64,000 nt of DNA from Candidatus Atelocyanobacterium thalassae (GCA_051971635.1 JBFPLN010000003.1:128001-192000), one strand, 5' to 3'. Positions 22,685 through 34,575 are shown, counted from the first letter of the stretch. The notes: generated by a model from the sequence alone, not told the origin. Made by a program: numbers and translations.

Positions 22685-23926
22685 ATGGTAAAAGTTTTTC
22701 ATTTTTCTGATATTCATCTTGGTAGTGGATTTTCCCATGGAAAAATAAATCCAAAAACTGGTTTTAATACCCGTTTAGAAGACTTTGTAAAATGTTTAAG
22801 CTTATGTATTGATAGTGCAATTGAAGAAAAGGTTGATATTGTTCTTTTTGGAGGTGATGCTTTTCCAAATTCAACACCACCTCCATATATTCAAGAAGCT
22901 TTTGCTACTCAATTCCGACGCTTATCTAATCTTCGCATACCTACTATTCTATTAGTAGGTAATCACGATCAACACTCTCAGATAAATGGAGGGGCAAGCT
23001 TATCTATTTATAGAACGTTAGAAGTACCCAGTTTTATAGTAGCAGACACTCTAAAGACTCATAGGATATTAACAAAAAATGATTATATACAAGTCATTAC
23101 CTTACCTTGGTTAACTAGATCTTCTCTTCTAACAAAATCTGAGACCGAAGGCTTATCTTTAGAACAAATTGATAATCTTTTAATTGAAACATTAAAATTA
23201 GCTTTAGAATCAGAGATCAAGCAGTTAGATTCCAATTATCCAACAATTCTTCTAGCACATTTAATGGTTGATCGTGCAAAATTCGGAACTGAAAATTTTT
23301 TAGCGGTAGGACGTGGATTTACTATTCCTATTTCTTTATTGATACGTTCCGAATTTGACTATGTAGCATTAGGTCACGTGCATAAACATCAAAATCTCAA
23401 TCCCCAAAACAACCCCCCTATTGTTTATCCAGGAAGTATTGAGAGAGTAGATTTCAGTGAAGAAAAAGAAAAGAAGGGGTATATTTTATTAACGGTTGAG
23501 AACAAGCAAACAAATTGGAAGTTTTTTCCACTACCTGCCCGTCTTTTCGTTACTATAGAAGTCGATGTTTCTCAAAGTATAGATCCTCAGGAAACTCTAA
23601 TTGATGCTATAAGAAAAAAACAAATTAAAGAATCTGTTGTTAGGTTAAATTATCAAATTTGTTCTGAACAATTAGAATTAATTGATATTTCCTATATTTG
23701 TGAAGTATTAAAAGCCTCTCATAGTTATACAATTTGTCCTAAAATACTCAATGAGACATCTAAAATACGTTTGCCAGAATTAGGGCTTGAAAAAAGTTTG
23801 GATCCTATCGAAGCTTTAAGAGCTTATCTTAATAATAAAAACGATATTAAAGATATAACTGATGATATGTTAAAAGCAGCTCATCAGCTCTTAAAAGAAG
23901 AAAATGAAACAATAGAAGCAGACTAG
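22685..23926 (+). CDS. sbcD: Exonuclease SbcCD subunit D
   Basis: SDIHLG, GGDAF, GNHD, ALGHVH, YPGSIERVDFSE. Confidence 0.93.
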   Translation: MVKVFHFSDIHLGSGFSHGKINPKTGFNTRLEDFVKCLSLCIDSAIEEKVDIVLFGGDAFPNSTPPPYIQEAFATQFRRLSNLRIPTILLVGNHDQHSQINGGASLSIYRTLEVPSFIVADTLKTHRILTKNDYIQVITLPWLTRSSLLTKSETEGLSLEQIDNLLIETLKLALESEIKQLDSNYPTILLAHLMVDRAKFGTENFLAVGRGFTIPISLLIRSEFDYVALGHVHKHQNLNPQNNPPIVYPGSIERVDFSEEKEKKGYILLTVENKQTNWKFFPLPARLFVTIEVDVSQSIDPQETLIDAIRKKQIKESVVRLNYQICSEQLELIDISYICEVLKASHSYTICPKILNETSKIRLPELGLEKSLDPIEALRAYLNNKNDIKDITDDMLKAAHQLLKEENETIEAD

Positions 23927-23971
23927 TCTACATATAAGGTTTTTAATAAGATTAATATTATTAATTCTTAA

Positions 23972-25222
23972 CTACATAGTTAATGATTGGGTATCATTTT
24001 CTACTAATTTTGCAAGATCCTGTAAAAAAGCAGCCGCATGAGAACCATAAATTATACGATGGTCACAAGTTATATTGACTGTCATTTTATTCTGAATTCC
24101 AAATAATTTGTCTGAAACTGCTACTACATGGGGCTTGGATGCTCCAATTGCTAAAATAGAGCCTTGCTCTGGAGGTAAAATAGCATCAAACGTATCTACT
24201 CCAAACATACCTAAATTTGATAAAGTAAATGTACCATTACTGTATTCGTTTGGTTTTAATTCTTTTGTACGAGCTCTATACAACAAGTCTTTCCAAGTAC
24301 GAGAAAGGGAATAAATATCTAATTCGTCCACATTGTTTAGAACTGGAGTTATTAAACCTCCATCAGGCATAGCTACAGCTATCGCAATATTAACAGATTC
24401 ACAATATTGAATTCCTGTACCGTTATATTTAGCATTTATTAATGAGTGATTTCGTAATGTTAAGGCGATAGCTTTTGCTAACATAACAGTCATCGTAACG
24501 CCTTTAGATTTAATAGTCTTATATAATTTATCTAATTTTTCCGTATTAATATCATAACTTACTCTAAAAACTGGAACTTGTAGAGTAGCTGATATATTTT
24601 TTGCTATTGTCTTTTGTATAGTGTTAAATGGAACAACTGCTTGAGATATATGAGCTTGAGGTTTAGTAACTGAATTACTTTCTTCTTTATTTTGAATATC
24701 TTTTGTTACGATTCTTCCATAAGGTCCACTACCTTTAATTTTGTGTAAATCTATACCTAGTTCTTTAGCTATTTTTTTGGCTCTTGGAGATGCTATGATG
24801 CGATTTTCAACTTTATTTGTATTGGTAGTAGATATATTTACAGTATTAAATTCATTTTGAGAATTTTTAGCAAGCGTTTCTTCTATTTTTTCTTCTCTAT
24901 TCTCTAGAGAAGAAGTAAGTTTTATAGATTTTTGAAAACCAGGGTTAGATAGATTTTTTTTCTGAGTGCTGCTTATCTCTTCTACGGTTTCTGCTATTAA
25001 GGCAATTACTTCTCCTACAGGAGCTTCCTCTCCAGCTTTTACTAAAATAGTCGCAAGATAACCATCATAGAAAGATTCTACATCCATATCTGCTTTATCT
25101 GATTCTACAATTAGAACAGTTTCTCCCTTCTTGACTTTATCTCCAGGAGATTTTTCCCAGGAAATAATCTTCCCTTCAGTCATAGTAGAACTTAAAGCTG
25201 GCATAAAAATGTCATAAATCAT
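23972..25222 (-). CDS. pdhC: Pyruvate dehydrogenase E2, dihydrolipoamide acetyltransferase
   Basis: Lipoyl domain ESDKADMDVE, E3-binding ASPRAKK, catalytic DHRIIYG. Confidence 0.95.
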   Translation of the reverse strand: MIYDIFMPALSSTMTEGKIISWEKSPGDKVKKGETVLIVESDKADMDVESFYDGYLATILVKAGEEAPVGEVIALIAETVEEISSTQKKNLSNPGFQKSIKLTSSLENREEKIEETLAKNSQNEFNTVNISTTNTNKVENRIIASPRAKKIAKELGIDLHKIKGSGPYGRIVTKDIQNKEESNSVTKPQAHISQAVVPFNTIQKTIAKNISATLQVPVFRVSYDINTEKLDKLYKTIKSKGVTMTVMLAKAIALTLRNHSLINAKYNGTGIQYCESVNIAIAVAMPDGGLITPVLNNVDELDIYSLSRTWKDLLYRARTKELKPNEYSNGTFTLSNLGMFGVDTFDAILPPEQGSILAIGASKPHVVAVSDKLFGIQNKMTVNITCDHRIIYGSHAAAFLQDLAKLVENDTQSLTM

Positions 25223-25546
25223 AAAGTATTATTTTTATCTTATGGTGCTAAAGTATTAGTAAATAAATAATCAAAATAAGAACATTAAATGGATCTTGAA
25301 GTTTGATAACACATTTTATTGTAACGAAAAAAAACAATTTGAGTATTAGTAAATCAACAACAAAAAAGTTAATTTTTTTTCACATTCCTAAAAAGGATAC
25401 AATAAGGCTACAGCAATTTTTATTTTTTTGCTATCTAAAATCATCTTTAGCTTAAAAATAATTTTAAATTAGTGAATATTTCATGTAAGACATTCAGTTA
25501 TTAAATTAATAATTACAAAAATAAAATAGTCTCTTAAAGAGATAAA

Positions 25547-26782
25547 TCATACCCTTGTTAACGTGTTATTTTTTCTCGTGAAAATTCTAAAATAAAGACT
25601 TTGTAACATTTCTTTCAGAGGAAATAGTAAATAAGTAATGGGATTTACTGTAACAATAATATCTCGGTAATCTTTTTTAACATTTTTAATGATTTGTTTG
25701 GCCACCCATTTTGCTGACATGATACCAACAGGGTTAAGCTTACTTTTAAAAGGACCTAGTATTAATTTTCTAACAATACAAGGAGCATCTAAACGATAAA
25801 GTGTAACTAGATCTCCTAGATTTCTTTTACTTAATTCATATAACGGACTAAACGCAGGAATCACTTCTGATTCTGACGTATTAACCCAAATTTCTTTACA
25901 GGCTCTATCACGATTAGTTTTAATAGTTTGAAAAAATAAGTCCATCAATCGACAACTAGAAAATGTATTAATTTCATAAGATTGTTTGATTGATTCTATA
26001 GTTCTCTTTTTGTTGACATTTACTCCGTGGTTAATTATCAATATATCAATCTTAGACAATTCATCTATTAGTTTATATTCTTTCCCAGTTTCCCAAACTA
26101 ATGTTTTAACAGGTAAGTTATGACCATTAATATCTAAGACTATAGGTTTATTTTGAGAACTAAAAGCAACAATTTTAGCCTGGTTAGAATGTAATATTTT
26201 AAGTATCTCAACACCAAGAGTTCCTGATGCACCTGTAATTCCAATTGTCTTACCTTTTAAAGACAAAGCTGTTCCCATAATTTTATCAATTAAGGTTAAT
26301 GTGCCACTGTAGTAAGCCTTCTGATTGTCAAAGTGATGTCTCCAATGATAAGAACGATTTACAGTCCATTGAGCAGGCAAGGAAGAAAAATCTCCTGGAT
26401 GATGAGTAAAATCAGTGAATTTATCCATTTTAGGAATTCCTAATCCACGAGTAATCGCTCCCAATAAAAAGAATAAAGAATATAAGATACCTGATTCCGC
26501 AAGCCACCAATGAGAAATATTAAGCAACCATAATATTGTTACAAGGATAGCTCCAAAAATTATCATAAACAAAGATTCTGGAACATCATTATACCAATGA
26601 GCTTTACGATAGATCTCTGCATTGACAGGATTAAAGTCTGAATTAAATACTCGATGATGCCAATTATGAAAGCGATATAATGTTTGCCAATTATGAGCTA
26701 AAACATGGTACAAATCTCGAACAATTTCTACCCAAACAATTGGGCCTAAACAAAGTGTAATAATAAATATGATATCAATCAT
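25547..26782 (-). CDS. mgdE: Bifunctional sterol-desaturase-like/SDR protein; probable monoglucosyldiacylglycerol epimerase
   Basis: His boxes (HVLAH, HNWHH, HWRHH) fused to Rossmann ITGASGTLG and YELSK; same architecture as Synechocystis MgdE. Confidence 0.8.
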   Translation of the reverse strand: MIDIIFIITLCLGPIVWVEIVRDLYHVLAHNWQTLYRFHNWHHRVFNSDFNPVNAEIYRKAHWYNDVPESLFMIIFGAILVTILWLLNISHWWLAESGILYSLFFLLGAITRGLGIPKMDKFTDFTHHPGDFSSLPAQWTVNRSYHWRHHFDNQKAYYSGTLTLIDKIMGTALSLKGKTIGITGASGTLGVEILKILHSNQAKIVAFSSQNKPIVLDINGHNLPVKTLVWETGKEYKLIDELSKIDILIINHGVNVNKKRTIESIKQSYEINTFSSCRLMDLFFQTIKTNRDRACKEIWVNTSESEVIPAFSPLYELSKRNLGDLVTLYRLDAPCIVRKLILGPFKSKLNPVGIMSAKWVAKQIIKNVKKDYRDIIVTVNPITYLLFPLKEMLQSLYFRIFTRKNNTLTRV

Positions 26783-27241
26783 TACGTAGTCATATAAGTA
26801 TTTATTTTGTATTATAAGTAGATAGTACAAAGTATTGTCAAAGTTATTAAAAAAGAAGAGTTATTTCTTTATATCTGTTACAAAAATACTTTTCGTGAGT
26901 TATTAAACAATTTCATAAACTGCCTTAGATAATTATTTTAGTGTAGTCTATACTAGCAATTTTGGTTTTGAGAAATATTAAATTAATAATAGTAGTTTAA
27001 TATTTTCACTAGTTTATTATTTTTACTTCTATTTGCATGATATTTAATCAACATAGTTAAAAACATAAATAATCACTTTTATTTTTCTAAAGCACCTAAC
27101 TCTTATTTTTTCTATATATTTCGTAAACTAGTGTACAAGTTAGTTACTATTCCTAAGAGTTTACTAAATGATTTATCTTAATTTTTAGCTGTTTACTTTA
27201 TACTTTATATTTAGTGCTATTTTTCTAGATTAATTTTTAAT

Positions 27242-28750
27242 ATGAGTAGGAATTTAAGAGAATTTATAAAAGAAGTTGAACAAAGAGGGCAACTAAGACG
27301 TATCAAGAGTTTAGTAGATCCTGATTTAGAAATTGCAGAAATTTCTAATCGGCTTTTACAGGTAGGAGGGCCAGCCTTACTTTTTGAAAATGTCAAAGGA
27401 TCGGATTTTCCCCTAGTTGTTAACTTATTAGGAACTGTAGAACGTGTATCTTGGTCACTAAAGGTGGAGAAACCTGAGGAATTAGAAATTTTGGGGAAAA
27501 AGTTGGCGATGCTACAGCAACCTAAACCACCGAAAAATATTTCTCAAGCAATCGATTTCGGAAAAGTACTTTTTGATGTTATCAAAGCAAAATCTAGCAA
27601 TAGCTTTTTCCCTCCTTGTCAGCAATTTGTTCTTAAAGACGAAGAAGTTGATCTTTCAATTCTTCCTCTAATACGTCCTTATCCAAAAGATGCAGGAAAA
27701 ATAATTACTTTAGGATTAGTCATAACGAAAGATTGTGAAACTGGTACTACTAATGTTGGTGTTTATCGCTTGCAGTTACAATCAAAAAATACAATGACAG
27801 TACATTGGCTGTCAGTAAGGGGAGGAGCTAGACATCTTAGAAAAGCAAAAGAAGCAGGCAAAAAATTAGAAATTGCTATAGCCTTAGGAGTTGATCCTTT
27901 AATTATTATGGCAGCTGCAACTCCAATTCCAGTAGATCTTTCAGAATGGCTGTTTGCTGGATTATATGGAGGTTCAGGAGTTTCTTTAACAAAGTGTAAA
28001 ACTTTAAACTTAGAAGTCCCAGCTGAAGCTGAATTTGTTTTAGAGGGTACAATCAACCCAGGTGAAGTAATGGCTGATGGACCTTTTGGAGATCATATGG
28101 GCTATTATGGAGCGCAAGAAGATTCTCCTTTGATACATTTTCACTGCATAACACATCGTAAACAGCCAATTTATCTAACAACTTTTAGTGGTCGTCCTCC
28201 TAAAGAAGAGGCAATGATAGCTATAGCTTTAAATAGAATTTATACGCCTATTCTGAGACAACAAATCACAGAAATTAAAGATTTCTTTCTTCCAATGGAA
28301 GCTTTGAGTTATAAAGTTGCTATTATTTCTATTAAAAAAGCTTACCCTGGTCATGCTCGCCGTGCTGCTTTAGCTTTTTGGAGTGTTTTACCACAGTTCA
28401 CTTATACTAAATTTGTAGTTGTGGTTGATGACAATATTAATATTCGCGATCCACGACAAGTAATGTGGGCTATCAGCTCTAAAACTGATCCATCAAGAGA
28501 TGTTTTTATATTAGCAGATACTCCTTTCGATACTTTAGACTTTGCTAGTGAAAAAATTGGTTTAGGTGGAAGAATGGGAATAGATGCTACTACGAAAATT
28601 TATCCTGAAACTAATCATGAATGGGGAGAACCTCTAGAATCTGATAGTAATATTATTGATATTGTTGATCAGCGTTGGTCAGAATATGGATTAGCTGATA
28701 TTGCTCTAAAAGAAGTAAACTCTAATTTATTTGGTTACGATATTTCGTAA
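27242..28750 (+). CDS. ubiD: UbiD-family prFMN decarboxylase (4-hydroxy-3-solanesylbenzoate decarboxylase, plastoquinone pathway)
   Basis: GPALLFENV, NVGVYRLQ, DGPFGDHMGYY, GRPPKEE, MGIDAT. Confidence 0.92.
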   Translation: MSRNLREFIKEVEQRGQLRRIKSLVDPDLEIAEISNRLLQVGGPALLFENVKGSDFPLVVNLLGTVERVSWSLKVEKPEELEILGKKLAMLQQPKPPKNISQAIDFGKVLFDVIKAKSSNSFFPPCQQFVLKDEEVDLSILPLIRPYPKDAGKIITLGLVITKDCETGTTNVGVYRLQLQSKNTMTVHWLSVRGGARHLRKAKEAGKKLEIAIALGVDPLIIMAAATPIPVDLSEWLFAGLYGGSGVSLTKCKTLNLEVPAEAEFVLEGTINPGEVMADGPFGDHMGYYGAQEDSPLIHFHCITHRKQPIYLTTFSGRPPKEEAMIAIALNRIYTPILRQQITEIKDFFLPMEALSYKVAIISIKKAYPGHARRAALAFWSVLPQFTYTKFVVVVDDNINIRDPRQVMWAISSKTDPSRDVFILADTPFDTLDFASEKIGLGGRMGIDATTKIYPETNHEWGEPLESDSNIIDIVDQRWSEYGLADIALKEVNSNLFGYDIS

Positions 28751-29001
28751 TATTAAATTTTAATTAAAGTAATAGAAGAAAAACTAAGACTATTGGGAAG
28801 TATTTAAAAATTAATTCTTTTAGATTTCATGTTTTTATAGCAATATACGATTTTTCATGAATACACTAAAAGCTAACATATAGATATTGACTATACTTTT
28901 AAGCAGCTTTAGATTGCTATATGTTAAAATTTCTGAATATTTCACTGTTATTGAGGAGCTGCAAAATACTTCAATATCTAACTCATTATTAAGGAAATTT
29001 C

Positions 29002-30930
29002 ATGACAATAGAAAGTAATTATGGTGCAGAACAAATTCAAGTTCTTAAGGGACTAGAACCAGTAAGAAAACGCCCAGGCATGTACATCGGGACTACTGGG
29101 CCAAAAGGACTTCACCACCTTGTTTATGAAGTTGTAGATAATTCGATTGATGAGGCTTTAGCTGGTTATTGTACTCATATTGAAGTTGATATAAATTTTG
29201 ATGGTTCTGTTACTGTTACAGACAATGGACGGGGAATACCAACTGACATTCATCCTAGTACAGGTAAATCCGCCTTGGAAACAGTAATGACAGTTCTTCA
29301 TGCAGGAGGTAAGTTTGGAGGTGGTGGATATAAAGTTTCAGGGGGGCTTCATGGAGTTGGAATTTCTGTTGTCAATGCTTTGTCAGAATGGCTCATTATT
29401 AAAGTTTGGCGAGATAACAATATATATACACAGCGTTATGAATGCGGAGCCGCTATTAATGAACTGGAGAAGAAACCTGATCATGAACATTCGAATGGTA
29501 CATCAGTTTCTTTTCTTCCCGACAAGCAAATTTTTACATCCGATACAAATTTTGATTATGTTACTTTATCAGGAAGATTAAGAGAGTTAGCATATCTTAA
29601 CTCCCAAGTAAAAATTACATTTACTGATCATCGGAAACAGGAACCTTATACTGAAAATTATTTTTATGAAGGAGGAATTAAAGAATATGTTGCTTACATG
29701 TGTCGAAATAAAGAACCTTTACATAAAGACATTATTTACGCTTGTGGAGAGAAAAAAGGTGTTCAAGTTGAAGCTGCTTTACTTTGGTGCGTAGATGCAT
29801 ATAGTGATAGCTTATTAGGTTTTGCCAATAATATTAGAACTGTTGATGGTGGTACACACCTAGAAGGACTTAAAACAGTTCTAACTAGAACAATGAATAA
29901 TATTGCTAGGAAAAGAAATAAGATAAAAGAAAATGAATCCAACTTGAGCGGCGAAAATGTTCGAGAAGGCTTAACGGGTATCGTCTCTGTTAAAGTCCCG
30001 GAACCAGAATTTGAAGGACAAACTAAAACGAAGCTTGGTAATACAGAAGTTAGAGGTATTGTAGATTTATTAGTAGGAGAAATTTTAGGAGAATATTTAG
30101 AATTTCATCCTCATGTAGCTGACAATATTATAGAGAAAGCTGTTCAAGCTTTAAAAGCGGCAGAAGCGGCGAGAAGAGCTAGAGATTTAGTACGTCGTAA
30201 GTCTGTGTTAGAATCTTCTCCTTTGCCTGGAAAATTAGCAGACTGTAGCACGAGGGATCCCTCAGAAGCGGAGATTTTCTTAGTAGAAGGAGATTCAGCA
30301 GGGGGCTCTGCTAAACAAGGAAGAGATAGACGTTTTCAAGCAATCCTACCGCTTAGAGGAAAAATCATCAATATTGAAAAGACTGATGATGCCAAAATAT
30401 ATAAAAATAACGAAATTCAGTCTCTAATAACCGCTTTAGGTTTAGGCATTAAAGGAGAGACGTTTGACGCATCACAATTGCGTTACCATAGAATTGTAAT
30501 TATGACAGACGCAGATGTTGATGGAGCACATATCCGTACTTTATTGTTGACATTTTTTTATCGTTATCAAAGATTATTAATAGAAAAAGGTTATGTGTAT
30601 ATTGCTTGTCCTCCCTTATATAAGATAGAAAGGGGACGTAATCATTCCTACTGTTATAACGAGCAACAGTTACAAGAGCATCTAAGTAATTTTCCTGCGA
30701 ATGCTAAATATACCATTCAACGATTCAAAGGATTAGGAGAAATGATGCCTGTCCAGCTGTGGAATACAACTATGAACCCTGAGACACGTAGTATGAAAAG
30801 AGTAGAGATCGAAGATGTTGTAGAAGCAGATCGTATTTTTACAATTTTAATGGGTGATAGGGTTGCCCCTAGACGACAATTTATTGAAGATTATGGTTCC
30901 AAATTAAATGTAACAGATCTTGACATATAG
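29002..30930 (+). CDS. gyrB: DNA gyrase subunit B (no intein)
   Basis: [45 protein letters not shown]. Confidence 0.98.
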   Translation: MTIESNYGAEQIQVLKGLEPVRKRPGMYIGTTGPKGLHHLVYEVVDNSIDEALAGYCTHIEVDINFDGSVTVTDNGRGIPTDIHPSTGKSALETVMTVLHAGGKFGGGGYKVSGGLHGVGISVVNALSEWLIIKVWRDNNIYTQRYECGAAINELEKKPDHEHSNGTSVSFLPDKQIFTSDTNFDYVTLSGRLRELAYLNSQVKITFTDHRKQEPYTENYFYEGGIKEYVAYMCRNKEPLHKDIIYACGEKKGVQVEAALLWCVDAYSDSLLGFANNIRTVDGGTHLEGLKTVLTRTMNNIARKRNKIKENESNLSGENVREGLTGIVSVKVPEPEFEGQTKTKLGNTEVRGIVDLLVGEILGEYLEFHPHVADNIIEKAVQALKAAEAARRARDLVRRKSVLESSPLPGKLADCSTRDPSEAEIFLVEGDSAGGSAKQGRDRRFQAILPLRGKIINIEKTDDAKIYKNNEIQSLITALGLGIKGETFDASQLRYHRIVIMTDADVDGAHIRTLLLTFFYRYQRLLIEKGYVYIACPPLYKIERGRNHSYCYNEQQLQEHLSNFPANAKYTIQRFKGLGEMMPVQLWNTTMNPETRSMKRVEIEDVVEADRIFTILMGDRVAPRRQFIEDYGSKLNVTDLDI

Positions 30931-31359
30931 ACACTACATTAAAATTGACTAGTTATTAGAATAATATTTTTCCTATCTAACAATAAGTCAAATAATAAGC
31001 TATGAACTCTATATGATTATTAATCATAAACGTACATGATATTTATTTAATGTATTCATAGTTAATGCTATTTAAATATAATATCTAATCAAAAAGTATT
31101 TAGTTAGAGATAGATATGCTGCTAACTAAATAATTAAGTTTTTTGATTAATAATTCTTGTTTTTTCAAAAATTGTATATTTTAAATAATTTACTAATATT
31201 TTCTATTGTTAGTTGTTTTTATATATGCTCATCCATTTCCTCAATAGATAAGCTAATTTTGACTAGAGATATTATCAATACATGTCCCATCACTTCTAAG
31301 CATACATGTACTTTAATTGTTTCGTAAGCTACTTTCGAGACAGACTAGTATATGATTTA

Positions 31360-32124
31360 TTATACAGAAGACTTTAATGTTTCTTGTAATTCAATAACAT
31401 TACCTATAACAGCTATTGCTGGAGCTTGAAAATCTTGTTGTTTCACTTCTTCTATGATTAGTCCCAATGTACTAACTAGTTGTTCTTGCTTCAGCAAAGT
31501 TCCCCAACGTATTAAAGCAATTGGTGTTTTAGATATTAAACCTTCTAGTAATAGCTGAGTAACAATATTTGCTAGGTTATGGATTCCCATATAAATAACA
31601 ATAGTTTCTGCGCCATTAGCAATTGCCGACCAGTTAACTCCGGAACGATATTTGCCTACTGCTTCATGTCCAGTTACAAATATTACAGAGGAACTATATC
31701 TTCGATGAGTAACTGGAATTCCTGCATATGCAGGAGCTGCAATCCCTGATGTAATACCAGGAACAATCTCCACTAAAATTCCGGAGTTTATAAGATCCTC
31801 CATTTCCTCCCCTCCTCTGCCAAATACAAATGGATCTCCTCCTTTTAGCCTTACTACTACAGGATGTTTTTGTGCCTGCTCTATTAAGATTTTAGTAGTT
31901 TCTACTTGCAATTTTGAATGATTACCTCTGCGCTTTCCCACATTAATTTTAATAGCATAGTTATTAATCATATTAAGAATCTCAGAACTTATTAAAGCGT
32001 CATAAACTACTACATCAGCATGCTCTAATAAATTTTTACCTTTTACAGTGATTAAATTAGGGTCACCTGGTCCCGAACCTACTAAGTAGACCTTACTAAT
32101 ATGAGTCTTTGATGTTGTATCCAT
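31360..32124 (-). CDS. cobA: Uroporphyrinogen-III C-methyltransferase
   Basis: VYLVGSGPGDP, RLKGGDPFVFGRGGEE, VPGITS. Confidence 0.96.
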   Translation of the reverse strand: MDTTSKTHISKVYLVGSGPGDPNLITVKGKNLLEHADVVVYDALISSEILNMINNYAIKINVGKRRGNHSKLQVETTKILIEQAQKHPVVVRLKGGDPFVFGRGGEEMEDLINSGILVEIVPGITSGIAAPAYAGIPVTHRRYSSSVIFVTGHEAVGKYRSGVNWSAIANGAETIVIYMGIHNLANIVTQLLLEGLISKTPIALIRWGTLLKQEQLVSTLGLIIEEVKQQDFQAPAIAVIGNVIELQETLKSSV

Positions 32125-32900
32125 TACTTTACTATCTCATCTACAATTAACTTAACAAGTTCAAAAGTTTCTCCTATTGGATATCCTAAATCAATCTGAG
32201 TTCCAGGTAAATTATCTTGTATTTTTTGAATCTGTTGAGCAATAATATTTGTAATTTTTCCTCTAAAGAGAAAGTACGGAATAATGACAATTCTTACTTT
32301 ATTTTGCTTTAGTAATATATTGATTTGATCAGATAAATTAGGCTTTATGCCCCAATAGGCTGTTTTCGCATTTAGTCTATTAGCAATAGTTTCAATAGTA
32401 TTATTGCCGTCCTTAAAGTTACTACCATGAGAGATGATAATTCTAGCATTTATTTGAGAACATATTGAAAACTGATTAGATAAAATGTCGATCAATCCTT
32501 TATAGCTACCCAAATAAGGACATAGTTCTAAATTCATATAACTACCTACTTTCTCATGAGCTATGCTAACTTCTAACGGAATATCCTGTTTAACATGAAT
32601 TCCAGGAAATAAAAACATTGGAACAATTTTGAGATTTTTAATTCCATAGTTTTTTATCTTTAAGGAAAATTGTTGAATTTTTTTAGCTAAAGGAATTTTC
32701 GATAATTCTAAAGTTGCTGTTTCAACAATAATTACTTGCGAGACATTTTTATAGTAAATGGTTGAAGTCTCACATAGAAATTGTTTATGAAGATAATTTA
32801 GCTGCCAAGATATTAAATAAGATAATCTTTTCAGAGAAATCTGAGATTGTAAATTGCGGCTACCATGAACGACGAGAAGATAAGCGGATGTAGAAATCAA
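32124..32900 (-). CDS. Sirohydrochlorin chelatase (CbiX/SirB family)
   Basis: LLVVHGSR, PMFLFPGIHVKQDIP, second HGS repeat, PYFLF; stop overlaps the cobA start. Confidence 0.85.
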   Translation of the reverse strand: MISTSAYLLVVHGSRNLQSQISLKRLSYLISWQLNYLHKQFLCETSTIYYKNVSQVIIVETATLELSKIPLAKKIQQFSLKIKNYGIKNLKIVPMFLFPGIHVKQDIPLEVSIAHEKVGSYMNLELCPYLGSYKGLIDILSNQFSICSQINARIIISHGSNFKDGNNTIETIANRLNAKTAYWGIKPNLSDQINILLKQNKVRIVIIPYFLFRGKITNIIAQQIQKIQDNLPGTQIDLGYPIGETFELVKLIVDEIVK

Positions 32901-33273
32901 AATATTTGGAGTATATAATTATTATGTTGTAAAAAACCTAAAAAATTATTGATCAAAACTAATTTAGAGTAATAAATCAAAGTCTATTTTTTAAAGAAAA
33001 TCATATATCATAATGATGAGGAGAGTAACCCTAGTTCTTTTTTGTTTTTTTAAATTATTAACGTTTGTATGTATTTTGTTAATATTCTTTCTAAATAATT
33101 ATCTATTGATACATGGTCAATTAAATTTTTATTTGATAAAAAGTTTATCTAAAAATTAGAAAAAGTATACTATTTAATAACTATATAAACAAACCTCTTT
33201 CTTGATCCCTAATATTTTTGTTAGATGATATGGTAAGAACGCTTCTCTATTTTTCTAGTCTTTGTATAAAATA

Positions 33274-33882
33274 ATGTCTGATATAAATTCTTCTGTTAAA
33301 TTGAAACCAATTATATTAGATGCCCTACCAGATTTTATAATCTCTGGACATCATTGCTCTACTCATATTCAAAAGCATATAGATCTTATTTTACTTGCTC
33401 TTGAAGCGCTAGATTTAGGGGCATCAGAACAAATGTTAACAACGATAAAGCTTTTCAATCTACAAAAAATTATTAAAAATCGTATTACACTTTGGCGTCT
33501 ACGCTCTACTAATCCTTGGAGACGTGCTTATAATCGTGGTACTTTATCTCTTGAGCAGGCAAAAGCTCTAATTATAATTACAAATCATCATGTTAAACCT
33601 TTAACTTCAGAAATTAGACAGTTATTATTAGCCGAGCAACAAATGAGTGAGAATAAATTACCAGTAACTTGTCATTTTCTTTTGGCTGAATATTTGGATC
33701 AATTTCGTGCTCATTTTCATAGTCGCATGAATCCTAATCGTGCAAAAGTTTCATTGTATTTAAAGTCAGAACAAAAACTAAACGAATTGGCCTTAGTACT
33801 ACTTAAACAATTATTATTCTGCACAGGAACGTCTGGGATGAAACGTTTATGGGTTAGTTTATTTGATGGAGAAGTTGTATGA
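33274..33882 (+). CDS. DUF3038 domain protein
   Basis: IDLILLALEAL, LWRLRSTNP.R, RLWVSLFDGE. Confidence 0.82.
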   Translation: MSDINSSVKLKPIILDALPDFIISGHHCSTHIQKHIDLILLALEALDLGASEQMLTTIKLFNLQKIIKNRITLWRLRSTNPWRRAYNRGTLSLEQAKALIIITNHHVKPLTSEIRQLLLAEQQMSENKLPVTCHFLLAEYLDQFRAHFHSRMNPNRAKVSLYLKSEQKLNELALVLLKQLLFCTGTSGMKRLWVSLFDGEVV

Positions 33883-34505
33883 ATATTAAACGGTACTATA
33901 GTTTACCTAACTGTACTTTGGTGTTAGAAGGCTTAAATGATCAAGTTCCCTCTAATGAGACTCACCAAATGTTATCGATATTAGTTAACGCTGAGTGTCA
34001 ATTTACAGGTATTTCTCAAAAATTAGAAGGTGGACACATTTTTTTTGAAAATCTTGTCAAGGCCACTAGTGAATATGTCCAGGCTTATTTAGGCGGAACT
34101 CCTCCTTTTTTACATTCTTTACCAGCGAACAATATGATTAATATTGAAAAGCTTGCTGATGTAGATCTTCATTCGTTAACCTATTGTCCATCCACTGAAA
34201 ATAAAGATGTCGTCAAGGTTATATTAACAACAGTTCAGCTGTTTGACTTAGTAGAAGGAATTGACCAATTTTTTGCTGATAACTATACTTTACCTAGCTT
34301 TAACTTAGAATTAAAGCCAATACCTAATCGTTATCATTATTCTAATAAATCACTTACAGAACTAGTAATTCCGGTTGTTACAGCAGTTGCTAGTTTAACT
34401 TTTATGTCTTTACTATTATCCTTTATACCTATACCAGAAGTTGTTGAACCGAGACCTAGCTTAACTCCAGTATCTATAGAAATTTCTTCTCATATTCATA
34501 TATAA
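33879..34505 (+). CDS. DUF4335 domain protein
   Basis: YSLPNCTLVLEG, LTTVQLFDLVE.IDQF; ATGA overlap with DUF3038. Confidence 0.78.
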   Translation: MNIKRYYSLPNCTLVLEGLNDQVPSNETHQMLSILVNAECQFTGISQKLEGGHIFFENLVKATSEYVQAYLGGTPPFLHSLPANNMINIEKLADVDLHSLTYCPSTENKDVVKVILTTVQLFDLVEGIDQFFADNYTLPSFNLELKPIPNRYHYSNKSLTELVIPVVTAVASLTFMSLLLSFIPIPEVVEPRPSLTPVSIEISSHIHI

Positions 34506-34575
34506 AAAGAAAATATCTTCTTTTCTGAAATATTGTTTCATATACTCGTTAACTATATAGTGTTATTTTATGGTT

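Noticed and set aside
14486..30930. Inteins in dnaX or gyrB, as in Synechocystis
   Set aside because: IIDECHML and VEGDSAGG are uninterrupted, and the ATPase/Toprim domains are normal length
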